Below the pieces are notes generated by a model. It was not told where the DNA came from. It saw nothing but the letters and a program-made list of their open reading frames with translations, and did no database searches. DNA of 64,000 nucleotides from an uncultured Chloroflexia bacterium (GTDB lineage Bacteria > Chloroflexota > Dehalococcoidia > SM23-28-2): the NCBI GenBank assembly GCA_963701285.1, contig OY969584.1, forward strand, positions 627,250 through 691,249, in the 5' to 3' direction. Both the position numbers and the translations under genes were made by a program. Shown one piece after another: positions 30,888-40,808 of this stretch (positions are counted from its first letter, which is position 1; the number at the start of each line of letters is the position of its first letter).

Positions 30888-32006
30888 ATGGCAGTGGAGA
30901 GAGTAGGCCTTCCGCAGCGGACTGCGGTCGTTGGCCAGCTTGGCGTGCTGGACCGCTTCCTCGCGCTCTGGATCATACTCACCATGGTCTTCGGCGTCGC
31001 TCTGGGCAAGCTCCTTCCCGGCGTCGCCGACAGCATCAACTCCGCCAGTGTCGGCACTACCTCCATCCCCATCGCTATCGGGCTCCTGTGGATGATGTAC
31101 CCCGTCCTGGCGAAGGTGCGCTACGAGGAGCTGGGCAAGGTGAGAGGCGCCTGGAAGATGTTCAGCGTGTCGCTTGTCCAGAACTGGCTCGTCGGACCCG
31201 TGATCATGTTTGCGCTGGCTTGGCTGCTCCTGCCCGACCAGCCGGAGTACCGGACAGGGCTAATCATCGTTGGGCTGGCGCGCTGCATCGCCATGGTGCT
31301 CATCTGGAACATGCTGGCGGAAGGCGACAACGAGTACGCGGCGGTGCTGGTGGCCCTCAACTCTGTCTTTCAGGTGCTCTTCTATTCGCTGTACGCCTAC
31401 TTCTTCATCAGCGTCGCCAGCTCCTGGTTTGGCGGCGGCGAACAGATCCACATAAGCTTCTGGGAGGTGGCAAGGAGTGTGCTCATCTTCCTCGGCATCC
31501 CCCTGGCGGCCGGGATGGTGACGCGCTATGTGGGTATCCGGCGCAAGGGCCGCGACTGGTACGAGGGCGTCCTCATGCCGAAGCTGGGCCCGACGGCGAT
31601 CATCGGCCTGCTGTTCACGATCGTGGTGATGTTCGCCCTAAAGGGCGAGTACATCGTCGACGTGCCCCTGGATGTTCTGCGGATTGCGATCCCGCTGCTG
31701 CTGTACTTCCTCATCATGTTCTCTGTCTCGTTCCTCATGTCCTGGCGGCTGCGCTTCCGCTACCCGGAGACGGCGACACTCTCCTTCACGGCGGCGAGCA
31801 ACAACTTCGAGCTGGCCATCGCCGTCTGTATCGGCGTCTTCGGCATCGAGTCGGGGCAGGCGCTGGCGGCGGTCGTGGGGCCGCTCATCGAGGTGCCGGT
31901 GCTGATAACGCTGGTCTACGCATCGCTGTGGGCGCGCAAGTACTTCTTCGCCGCCGACGGCACGGCCAGGCGGCGATTGGCCTTCGCCCCCGCACAGGAC
32001 GGGTAG
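30888..32006 (+). CDS. acr3: ACR3-family arsenite efflux transporter
   Basis: ATG at 30888 follows GAGGAG. Contains LDRFLALWIILTMVFGVALG...IGLLWMMYPVLAKVRYEELG...GLARCIAMVLIWN. Confidence 0.88.
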   Translation: MAVERVGLPQRTAVVGQLGVLDRFLALWIILTMVFGVALGKLLPGVADSINSASVGTTSIPIAIGLLWMMYPVLAKVRYEELGKVRGAWKMFSVSLVQNWLVGPVIMFALAWLLLPDQPEYRTGLIIVGLARCIAMVLIWNMLAEGDNEYAAVLVALNSVFQVLFYSLYAYFFISVASSWFGGGEQIHISFWEVARSVLIFLGIPLAAGMVTRYVGIRRKGRDWYEGVLMPKLGPTAIIGLLFTIVVMFALKGEYIVDVPLDVLRIAIPLLLYFLIMFSVSFLMSWRLRFRYPETATLSFTAASNNFELAIAVCIGVFGIESGQALAAVVGPLIEVPVLITLVYASLWARKYFFAADGTARRRLAFAPAQDG

Positions 32007-32055
32007 ATGCAGATCGGGTCTTCAGACCCCCAATGCTGGCGTTGTGGTTTCAACC

Positions 32056-32715
32056 TCAAGCCTTAACCCCGCGCGCGATGAACGTCGTGCCGCCGCGCAG
32101 CGTCTGCACCTCCAGCGACGGCAGCAGCTCTTTCAGGATGAACCACGGCCGAGGGTGCAGGATCCACTTGGCGGCCGTCCGCTCGCGCTGCGAGAGCCAG
32201 ACGCTGCTGTAGACGAACACGGCCACCGCCAGGCCGCTCAGGCCGCGCCCGCCCTTCCCGCCGGCGGCGACGATGCGCCCGCCCGGCCTCAGCCACGATA
32301 GCGTCTGCTCCATCACCTCGCGCGAGGCGATGAGCTGGTTGACGTTGCAGGCCAGCACGGCGTCGACGGGCCCGTCAGGGCGGTACTGGTGGGCGAAGGC
32401 CTCCACCAGCTCCACGTTCCGCCAGCCGCCGGCCGCGACCCGGCGGCTGGCCAGCGCCAGCATGTCGGGGCTGGCGTCCAGGCCGATGACCCGCCCCTGC
32501 TCCCCGACCAGCGGGGCCAGCAGGGGCAGGCTGAGGCCCGTGCCGCAGCCCAGGTCGATGACGGTCTCGCCGGGGCGCAGGGCCAGGCGTTCGACGGCTA
32601 CGGGCCGATAGCTGGCGGAGACGGGCCGGACAACAAGATCGAAGAGGCGGGCGCGAAACCCTTCGTATGAACGGCGGACGACGCTCAGGTCAGGCTGGGT
32701 CGAGGTGCCGCCCAC
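32056..32715 (-). CDS. class I SAM-dependent methyltransferase
   Basis: SAM motif VIDLGCGTGLS. 219 aa, GTG start. No ArsM-type Cys motifs. Confidence 0.7.
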   Translation of the reverse strand: MGGTSTQPDLSVVRRSYEGFRARLFDLVVRPVSASYRPVAVERLALRPGETVIDLGCGTGLSLPLLAPLVGEQGRVIGLDASPDMLALASRRVAAGGWRNVELVEAFAHQYRPDGPVDAVLACNVNQLIASREVMEQTLSWLRPGGRIVAAGGKGGRGLSGLAVAVFVYSSVWLSQRERTAAKWILHPRPWFILKELLPSLEVQTLRGGTTFIARGVKA

Positions 32716-32734
32716 GGTCGGTTTCCATGAGCCG

Positions 32735-34069
32735 CTAGAGGATCGGCAGGTAGCGTTTGATCTCGTAGTCGGTCACGTGGCGGCGGTAGTCACTCCACTC
32801 GATGAGCTTGTTAGTGATCAGGGTCTCGAAAAGGTGCTCGCCCAGGCAGCGGCGCAGCACGTCGCTCTTCTGCGCTTCCTCGATCGCTTCGTACAGGCTC
32901 CCCGGCAGGTGCTCGATGCCCCGACGCTTCCTCTCCTCCTCGGGCATGATGAAGACGTTCTCCTCCACCGGTTCGGGGCAGGGATACTCTTTCTCTATTC
33001 CCTCCAGGCCGGCCGCCAGTAGCACGGCGAAAACCAGGTAAGGGTTGCAGGCGGGGTCTGGGGCACGGTACTCGATGCGCGTTTCTTGCTCCTTCCCCGG
33101 CTTGTACTCGGGAATACGGACGAGGTCGGAGCGGTTGCGCAGCGCCCAGGAAAGATAGACGGGCGCCTCGTAGCCCGGCACCAGCCGCTTGTAGGAGTTG
33201 ACCCACTGGTTGGTGACCAACGTTATCTCGCGGGCGTGGCGGAGCAGGCCGGCGACGTAGCTCTTGCACAGCGCCGAGAGGTGCTGCGGGTCCTTGGGGT
33301 CGAAGAAGGCGTTGCGCTCCCCCCGGAACAGCGACTGGTGGACGTGCATGCCGGAGCCGTTCTCGTTGACCAGTGGTTTCGGCATGAAGGTGGCGTAGAC
33401 GCCCTGGGCCAGCGCCACCTCCTTCACCACCAGGCGGTAGGTCATCGTGTTGTCGGCCATGGTGAGGGCGTCGGTGTAGCGCAGGTCGATCTCGTGCTGG
33501 CTGGGGGCCACCTCGTGGTGGCTCGCCTCCACGCCGATGCCCATCTCCTCCAGAGTGAGGACGGTCTCCCGCCGCAGGTCGGTGGCGGCGTCCAGGGGCG
33601 TCTGGTCGAAGTAGCCGCCGCGGTCCAGGGTTGTCGTAGTCTCGGAGTTGGCGAAGTAGAAGTACTCCAACTCGGGTGCCACGTAGAACGTGTAGCCCAG
33701 GTCGGAGGCCCGTTTCAGGTTTCGCTTCAGGATGTAGCGGGGGTCGCCCTCGAACGGCTCGCCGCCGGGCAGGTAGATGTCGCAGAAGATGCGGGCCACT
33801 CGCTTCCTGTCGCGTGGGCGCCAGGGCAGGACGACGAAAGTGCTCGGGTCGGGCATGGCCACCATGTCGCTTTCGTCGATGCGGGCGAACCCCTCGATGG
33901 AGGAGCCGTCGAAGCCCATCCCCTCGTCCAGCGCCCCCTCCAGCTCCTCGACGGTGATGGCTACGCTCTTCAGGATGCCCAGGATGTCGGTGAACCAAGC
34001 GCGGATGAACTTGACGTCCTGCTCCTTGGCCATCTGAAGGACGTATTCCTTGCCTTCCTGATTGTTCAT
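32735..34069 (-). CDS. glnA: glutamine synthetase, type I (about 444-aa form)
   Basis: MNNQEGKEYVLQMAKEQDVKFIRAWFTDILG...GFDGSSIEGF...NGSGMHVHQSLF...[12 protein letters not shown]. Confidence 0.92.
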   Translation of the reverse strand: MNNQEGKEYVLQMAKEQDVKFIRAWFTDILGILKSVAITVEELEGALDEGMGFDGSSIEGFARIDESDMVAMPDPSTFVVLPWRPRDRKRVARIFCDIYLPGGEPFEGDPRYILKRNLKRASDLGYTFYVAPELEYFYFANSETTTTLDRGGYFDQTPLDAATDLRRETVLTLEEMGIGVEASHHEVAPSQHEIDLRYTDALTMADNTMTYRLVVKEVALAQGVYATFMPKPLVNENGSGMHVHQSLFRGERNAFFDPKDPQHLSALCKSYVAGLLRHAREITLVTNQWVNSYKRLVPGYEAPVYLSWALRNRSDLVRIPEYKPGKEQETRIEYRAPDPACNPYLVFAVLLAAGLEGIEKEYPCPEPVEENVFIMPEEERKRRGIEHLPGSLYEAIEEAQKSDVLRRCLGEHLFETLITNKLIEWSDYRRHVTDYEIKRYLPIL

Positions 34070-34160
34070 AACCCCAGCCTCCGATACAAGTGGCACCATC
34101 TTAGCGCAAGAGACCGTCAGAGGCCAGGCCCTTGGGGCCCGGCCTCATGTCCCTAGCAGC

Positions 34161-34194
34161 GAAGGCCCGGGAGGGGAAGCCCTCCCGGGCCTTC
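34161..34194 (-). terminator. perfect 15-bp GC-rich hairpin between the two glnA genes
   Basis: GAAGGCCCGGGAGGG (34161..34175), loop GAAG, CCCTCCCGGGCCTTC (34180..34194). No U-tract. Confidence 0.55.
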
Positions 34195-34218
34195 TGCACC
34201 CAACAGTGGGGGGGCTCG

Positions 34219-35662
34219 CTACACGTCGAAGTACATGTAGAACTCCCACGGGTGGGGGCGCAGGCGCAACGGGTCCACTTCGTGGTCGCGCTTGTACTCC
34301 AGCCAGACCTCCAGGACGTCGCTGGTGAACACCCCCTTCTTGACCAGGAACTCGTGGTCCTCCTCCAGCGCGTTCAGTGCCTCCTCCAGCGAGCCGGGAA
34401 CGGTGGGGATGGAGCGCTCCTCCTCGGCGCCGAGCTCATACGTGTTCTTGTCCAGCGGCGGGCCCGGGTCGATCTCGTTCTCGATGCCGTCGAGGCCGGC
34501 CATCAGCATGGCGGCGAACGCCAGGTATGGGTTGCAGGTGCCGTCGGGCGGGCGGAACTCCACGCGCTTGGTCTTGGGATTGTCGGTGTAGACCGGGATG
34601 CGCACGGCGGCGCTGCGGTTGCGGGCCGAGTAGACCAGGTTGACCGGCGCCTCGTAGCCGGGCACCAGCCGCTTGTAGGAGTTGGTGGTGGGGGCGCAGA
34701 GGGCCATGAGCGCCCGCGCGTGCTTCAAAAGGCCGCCGATGTAGTAGCTGGCGGTCTGGCTGATCAGGGCATAGCCCTTGGGGTCGAAGAAGACGTTCTC
34801 GCCCTTCTTCCACAAGCTCAGGTGGATGTGCATGCCGGAGCCGTTGTCCTCGAAGAGGGGCTTGGGCATGAAGGTGGCCACTTTGCCGCGCTTATGGGCG
34901 ACGTTCTTGACGATGTACTTGTACCACATGATCTTGTCGCCCATGCTCACCAGGGTGTCGAACTTCATGTCGATCTCGGCCTGGCCGGCGGTGGCCACCT
35001 CGTGGTGGTGCACCTCGATGGGGATGCCCACCTCGATCATCGTCAGGATCATCTCCGAACGGAGGTCCTGCAGGGAGTCGTTAGGGGGCGCCGGGAAGTA
35101 GCCTTCCTTGAAGCGCGGCTTGTAGCCCAGGTTCGGCTTCTCGTCGCGGCCGCTGTTCCACTCGCCCTTCGATGGAGTCGATGTAGTAGAAGCCGTACTG
35201 CTCGGTCTGGTCGAAGCGTATGTCGTCGAAGATGAAGAACTCCAGCTCCGGTCCCCAGAAGCTGGTATCGGCGATGCCGGTGGAGCTGAGGTATTCTTCC
35301 GCCTTCTTGGCGATGAACCGCGGGTCGCGGCTGTACGGCTCGCGGGTCAGCGGGTCGAAGATGTCACAGATCACGCTCAGGGTGGGGATCTCGCAGGCCG
35401 GGTCGACGCGAGCCGTGGCCGGATCCGGGATGAGGATCATGTCGCTCTCCTGGATCTTCTGAAAGCCGCGGATGCTGGAGCCGTCGAAGCCTACCCCTTC
35501 TACCCAGATGCTCTTGGTCAAGTCGTCCATCTCCGTCAGCTCCGACACGGGCATCGAGAAGTGCTGCCAGAGCCCCGGCAGGTCGTTGAACTTGAGGTCG
35601 ACGATCTGGATGTTGTTGGCCTTGATGAGGTTGAAGACCTGTTGCGCCTGTTCCGGTGTCAT
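34219..35662 (-). pseudogene. glnA: glutamine synthetase type I (about 470-aa form) interrupted by a single +1 frameshift near 35165..35167
   Basis: The N-terminal ORF (35081..35662) ends YYIDSIEG. Deleting one G from the GGG run restores [42 protein letters not shown], joining to ORF 34219..35052. Confidence 0.88.
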
Positions 35663-35685
35663 ACCCTGAACCTCCTCCTGGATGC

Positions 35686-36102
35686 CTATGGGGCGCTTTC
35701 CGCAAGCTGCTGGTGGGTGGTGGCGGAGTGAGCGGGGCCCAAGAAATGCTGCGGGCAGGTTGCGCAGGCGCCGAGATGGTCAAGCTCGGCTTGGGTCAGC
35801 TCCCGCCCCTGCTCGAAGTAGCGAAATAGGGCGTTGCGTGCCTGTGCGCAGGAGACCCGCAGCGTTGGTGTCTCTGCCCGGGGACCAAGGCCCACCTGCT
35901 TCAGCAGGCGAAGGGCAGGCCCCCGGCAGGATTCGCAGTTCATTACGTGGGCCGCGAGGTGCACCTCGTCGCCCTCCACGCCCACGAGGACGCCTATCCT
36001 GAGAGCGTCGGGGAAGTGCGTCGGCGGAACATCGAATCCTCGTCCCGCGGCAGGGTTGGCCTTGACCACGTCGAAGGCCTTCTCTGCCTCCTGGGCTGTC
36101 AT
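35686..36102 (-). CDS. hypothetical Cys-rich protein with zf-HC2-like (anti-sigma type) motif
   Basis: 138 aa. Strong RBS GGAGGAGG. Contains HLGACATC (H-x3-C-x2-C) plus NCESC. Sits between glnB and glnA. Confidence 0.6.
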   Translation of the reverse strand: MTAQEAEKAFDVVKANPAAGRGFDVPPTHFPDALRIGVLVGVEGDEVHLAAHVMNCESCRGPALRLLKQVGLGPRAETPTLRVSCAQARNALFRYFEQGRELTQAELDHLGACATCPQHFLGPAHSATTHQQLAESAP

Positions 36103-36207
36103 GCAATGCTCCTCCTCCCCGGCGCAATACCGGCCAAACTCATTGTAGGATCCGCGAATTCTTGAATGGGCTGGCGCCTGTTACGTTCTGGTTAAATGAT
36201 TCCTCCC

Positions 36208-37991
<1,784 letters not shown>

Positions 37992-38063
37992 GCTTCTCTC
38001 CCCTCTGGTCTGCCGTTCGTGAAGAAAAGGACAACCGCTTCGTTCTCAATGTAGCGAGGGGAC

Positions 38064-38101
38064 ATTACCGATGCGTTACCCGAGGGTTAACTCTGTGTTA
38101 C
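38064..38101 (-). promoter_or_regulatory. four GTAAC-like 5-mers on an 11-bp register (GlnR-box-like array) upstream of amt
   Basis: The minus strand reads GTAAC-n6-TTAAC-n6-GTAAC-n6-GTAAT. Plus-strand boxes are at 38064, 38075, 38086 and 38097. The array lies 73-110 nt upstream of the amt ATG. Confidence 0.55.
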
Positions 38102-38122
38102 GCGGGGAGAGACAAGGAAGGT

Positions 38123-38800
38123 CTATGGAGAAGAGGACCGGAAGCGGTAGCCCACGTTGCGCACCGTCTCGATGAAGGAGTGGTGGCGGTCCTCGATCTT
38201 GCTGCGCAGCCGGCGGATGTGGACGTCCACCGTGCGGCCGCCCCCGTAGAAGTCGTACCCCCAGACCTTGTTCAGCAGGGTCTCGCGGGTGAAGACCTGG
38301 TCCGGGTTGCTGGCCAGGAAGCGCAGGAGCTCGTACTCCTTGTAGGTCAGGCTCACCCGCCGGTCGGCGACGAAGACCATGTAGTTGGCCAAGTCGATGC
38401 TGAGGTCGCCGCAGCGCAGCACCCTCTCAGACTCCGCCGGCCGCCGCCGCTGGAGGGCGCGGTGCACGCGGGCCGGCAGCTCGCCCGCCGCGGCCGGCAG
38501 CGACACAAAGTCGTCGATGGCGGCCGGCAGGTCATAGCGCAGGACGCCCTGGCGGCTCGCCATAGCAATCGCTACCGGCGAATCAGGGTCGGCCGGCTCG
38601 TCCCACAGGCGGCGGATGGCCGGGTCCTCGCCCGCAGTCGTCAGGTCGATGACCAACACATCGGGCGGGTCGCCACCGGCCAGAGCCTCCTCGGCGCCGC
38701 CGGCCGGACAGAACGAGACGCGGTAGCCGCTGGCCTCGAGCTCCCGGGCCAGGGCCTCCGCCTCCTCGCCGGCCTGCCCTACGAACAGCACGCTCCGCAA
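38123..38800 (-). CDS. OmpR/PhoB-family response regulator with atypical receiver (GlnR-like)
   Basis: C-terminal winged helix (LTYKEYELLRFLASNP...TVDVHIRRLRSKIE...VGYRF). The receiver lacks the N-terminal DD/DE acidic pair (VLFVGQAGEE) and apparently the conserved Lys (DDFVSLP). No cognate kinase gene is adjacent. Confidence 0.75.
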   Translation of the reverse strand: MRSVLFVGQAGEEAEALARELEASGYRVSFCPAGGAEEALAGGDPPDVLVIDLTTAGEDPAIRRLWDEPADPDSPVAIAMASRQGVLRYDLPAAIDDFVSLPAAAGELPARVHRALQRRRPAESERVLRCGDLSIDLANYMVFVADRRVSLTYKEYELLRFLASNPDQVFTRETLLNKVWGYDFYGGGRTVDVHIRRLRSKIEDRHHSFIETVRNVGYRFRSSSP

Positions 38801-39015
38801 GTGCCCCTCCGCTCGTTCCGGTACGATACGTTTCGTTCAGTATAGGCGTAAGGGGAGCCCGGACGCAACGAAGGAAGGAGGCGAGCGGACCGTGGTTTGT
38901 AGAGGCGCCTCGCGAGGCGCCCCTACGCCTTGTTATGCGGAAATGCAAATCGGGAATGGTCATGTCATTGTCCGAACCACGCTAGCTGCGGTAGACTGAG
39001 GCTGGAGCCCATCTC

Positions 39016-39213
39016 ATGAAGCTCGCCCAGCGGGGCCGTGAGGCCAAGGCGCCGAGGCCCAAGACGCCCCCGAGGCGCGAGAAGGCCAAGAAGGAACCCC
39101 CTCCAGGCGACCAGCGCCCGGAAGAGAAGGGCTTTCTTTTCCTCGACCCCTACTGGGACGATGTCTTCTGCTCGTACTACGACCCCACTCTCCGCACCTG
39201 CTGCAATCGTTAG
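39016..39213 (+). CDS. possible small basic/Cys-containing protein (65 aa)
   Basis: High GC3. GGAG lies 10 nt upstream, and a TTGTCC-18-TAGACT promoter candidate sits at 38968..38997. MKLAQRGREAKAPRPKTPPRREKAKKEPPPGDQRPEEKGFLFLDPYWDDVFCSYYDPTLRTCCNR. No family recognised. Confidence 0.35.
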   Translation: MKLAQRGREAKAPRPKTPPRREKAKKEPPPGDQRPEEKGFLFLDPYWDDVFCSYYDPTLRTCCNR

Positions 39214-39343
39214 TGGAATAGTCTGCCGGAGGCGCCTCTCCAACCAGTCTCAGGAATCGTTCCTGCCCCCGCCTTCAGGCGGGGTCGATGCCGCCCCCTG
39301 AGCGGGCGGAACCGAGAATAGCTTCTAGCCTAAGGAGGGCAGA

Positions 39344-40756
39344 ATGGTAGGCATAACAGCTTGCGGGGCCTATGTCCCCCTCCACCGCCTCGGGCGGCAG
39401 GAGATGGGTCGGGCCTGGGGCATCCCGGCGGTGCCTGGCGAGCGATCCGTGGCCAACGCCGACGAGGATAGCCTCACCATGGCCGTGGCTGCCGGCCTGG
39501 AGTGCCTCGTGGGGCAGGACCGAGCCACCATCGACGCCGTCTACTTCGCCACTACGACCTCGCCCTACGCCGAGAAGCAGAGCGCCTCCATCATCGCCTC
39601 CGCCCTGGACCTGCGCAGCGATATCTTCACCGCCGACTTCACCGATTCTCTGCGCTCGGCGACGGTGGCCATGCGCGCGGCCTGCGACGCCATCGAGAGC
39701 GGCTCATCCCGCCGCGTGCTGGTGGTGGCGGCTGACTGCCGCCCCGCCGAGCCGGAGACGATGTGGGAGCAACTCCTGGGCGACGGCGCCGGTGCCCTGC
39801 TCCTGTCCAAGGACGGCAGCGTCACCATCCGCGCCGCCAAGTCCGTCAGCAGCGAGATGCTGGCCCAGTGGCGCCGCTCGACCGACCGCTACGTCCGCGC
39901 CTTCGAGCCCAAGCTGGAGACAGAGTACGCCTACGTCCGCTACGTGGCTCAGGCCGGCAAGGCCGCGCTGCAGGAGGCAGGAGTCGACCCCAAGGACCTG
40001 GCCAAGGCCGTCATCTCCGCCGGCGACCCCCGCAGCCACCAGACCGCCGCCCGCGCCCTGGGCGTGGAGATGCCGCAGCTTCAAGACACCCTCTTCCTGA
40101 TGCTGGGTGGCCTGGGCGCGGCCCAGGTGCCCGTCATGTTGACGGCGGTGCTGGAGACGGCCAAGGCGGGGGACAAGCTCCTGGTGGTCAACCACGGCGA
40201 CGGCGCCGACGGACTCGTGCTGGAGGTGACCGAGCCGCTCACGCCGCCGGCGGGCAAGCGGACCGTCCAACAATACATGATGGCCAAGAAGGCGCTGCCC
40301 AACTACGACGCCTACGCGGCCTTCCGCCGGCTCATGGACCGCGAGCGCTTCGTTCCCAAGTCTTCGCCGGTGACCTACTGGCGCGACGCCAAGCTGGAGC
40401 TCGGTCTCTACGGCGCTCGCTGCCGCAAGTGCGGCGTCGTCCAGTACCCGCCACCACGGGTCTGCGGCGAGTGCCGCACCAAGGACGACCTGGAAAGCGT
40501 CAAGCTGGGCCACAAGGGCAGCGTGTTCACCTTCACGCTGGACCACTTGATCGGCGGGGGCTACGTGAACGTGCCCGTCCCGCGCCTCGTGGTCGACCTG
40601 GAGGGGGGCGGTCGCATCTTCCTTGAGATGACCGACGGCGACCCCAAGGACGTGCAGATAGGCATGCTGGTGGAGCTGACTTTCCGCTGCCTGAACGAAG
40701 GAACCGGGTTCCACAACTACTACTGGAAGTGCCAGCCGGTCCGGGTGGCCGCCTAG
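39344..40756 (+). CDS. HMG-CoA synthase-like (thiolase-fold) domain fused to a DUF35 OB-fold/Zn-ribbon domain
   Basis: The N-terminus MVGITACGAYVPLHRL...NADEDSLTMAV is HMGCS-like. The C-terminus YGARCRKCGVVQYPPPRVCGECR...GSVFTFT is a DUF35 rubredoxin-like ribbon plus OB fold. Confidence 0.75.
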   Translation: MVGITACGAYVPLHRLGRQEMGRAWGIPAVPGERSVANADEDSLTMAVAAGLECLVGQDRATIDAVYFATTTSPYAEKQSASIIASALDLRSDIFTADFTDSLRSATVAMRAACDAIESGSSRRVLVVAADCRPAEPETMWEQLLGDGAGALLLSKDGSVTIRAAKSVSSEMLAQWRRSTDRYVRAFEPKLETEYAYVRYVAQAGKAALQEAGVDPKDLAKAVISAGDPRSHQTAARALGVEMPQLQDTLFLMLGGLGAAQVPVMLTAVLETAKAGDKLLVVNHGDGADGLVLEVTEPLTPPAGKRTVQQYMMAKKALPNYDAYAAFRRLMDRERFVPKSSPVTYWRDAKLELGLYGARCRKCGVVQYPPPRVCGECRTKDDLESVKLGHKGSVFTFTLDHLIGGGYVNVPVPRLVVDLEGGGRIFLEMTDGDPKDVQIGMLVELTFRCLNEGTGFHNYYWKCQPVRVAA

Positions 40757-40808
40757 GCTCTGGCTGTAGCCAAAGGAGGAGGAGTCATGCCGGGAATCAG
40801 AGGATCGA

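Noticed and set aside
32056-32715. Methyltransferase next to the ars cluster as ArsM.
   Set aside because: It is on the opposite strand, in line with the glnA string. It is only 219 aa and lacks the conserved ArsM cysteine residues.
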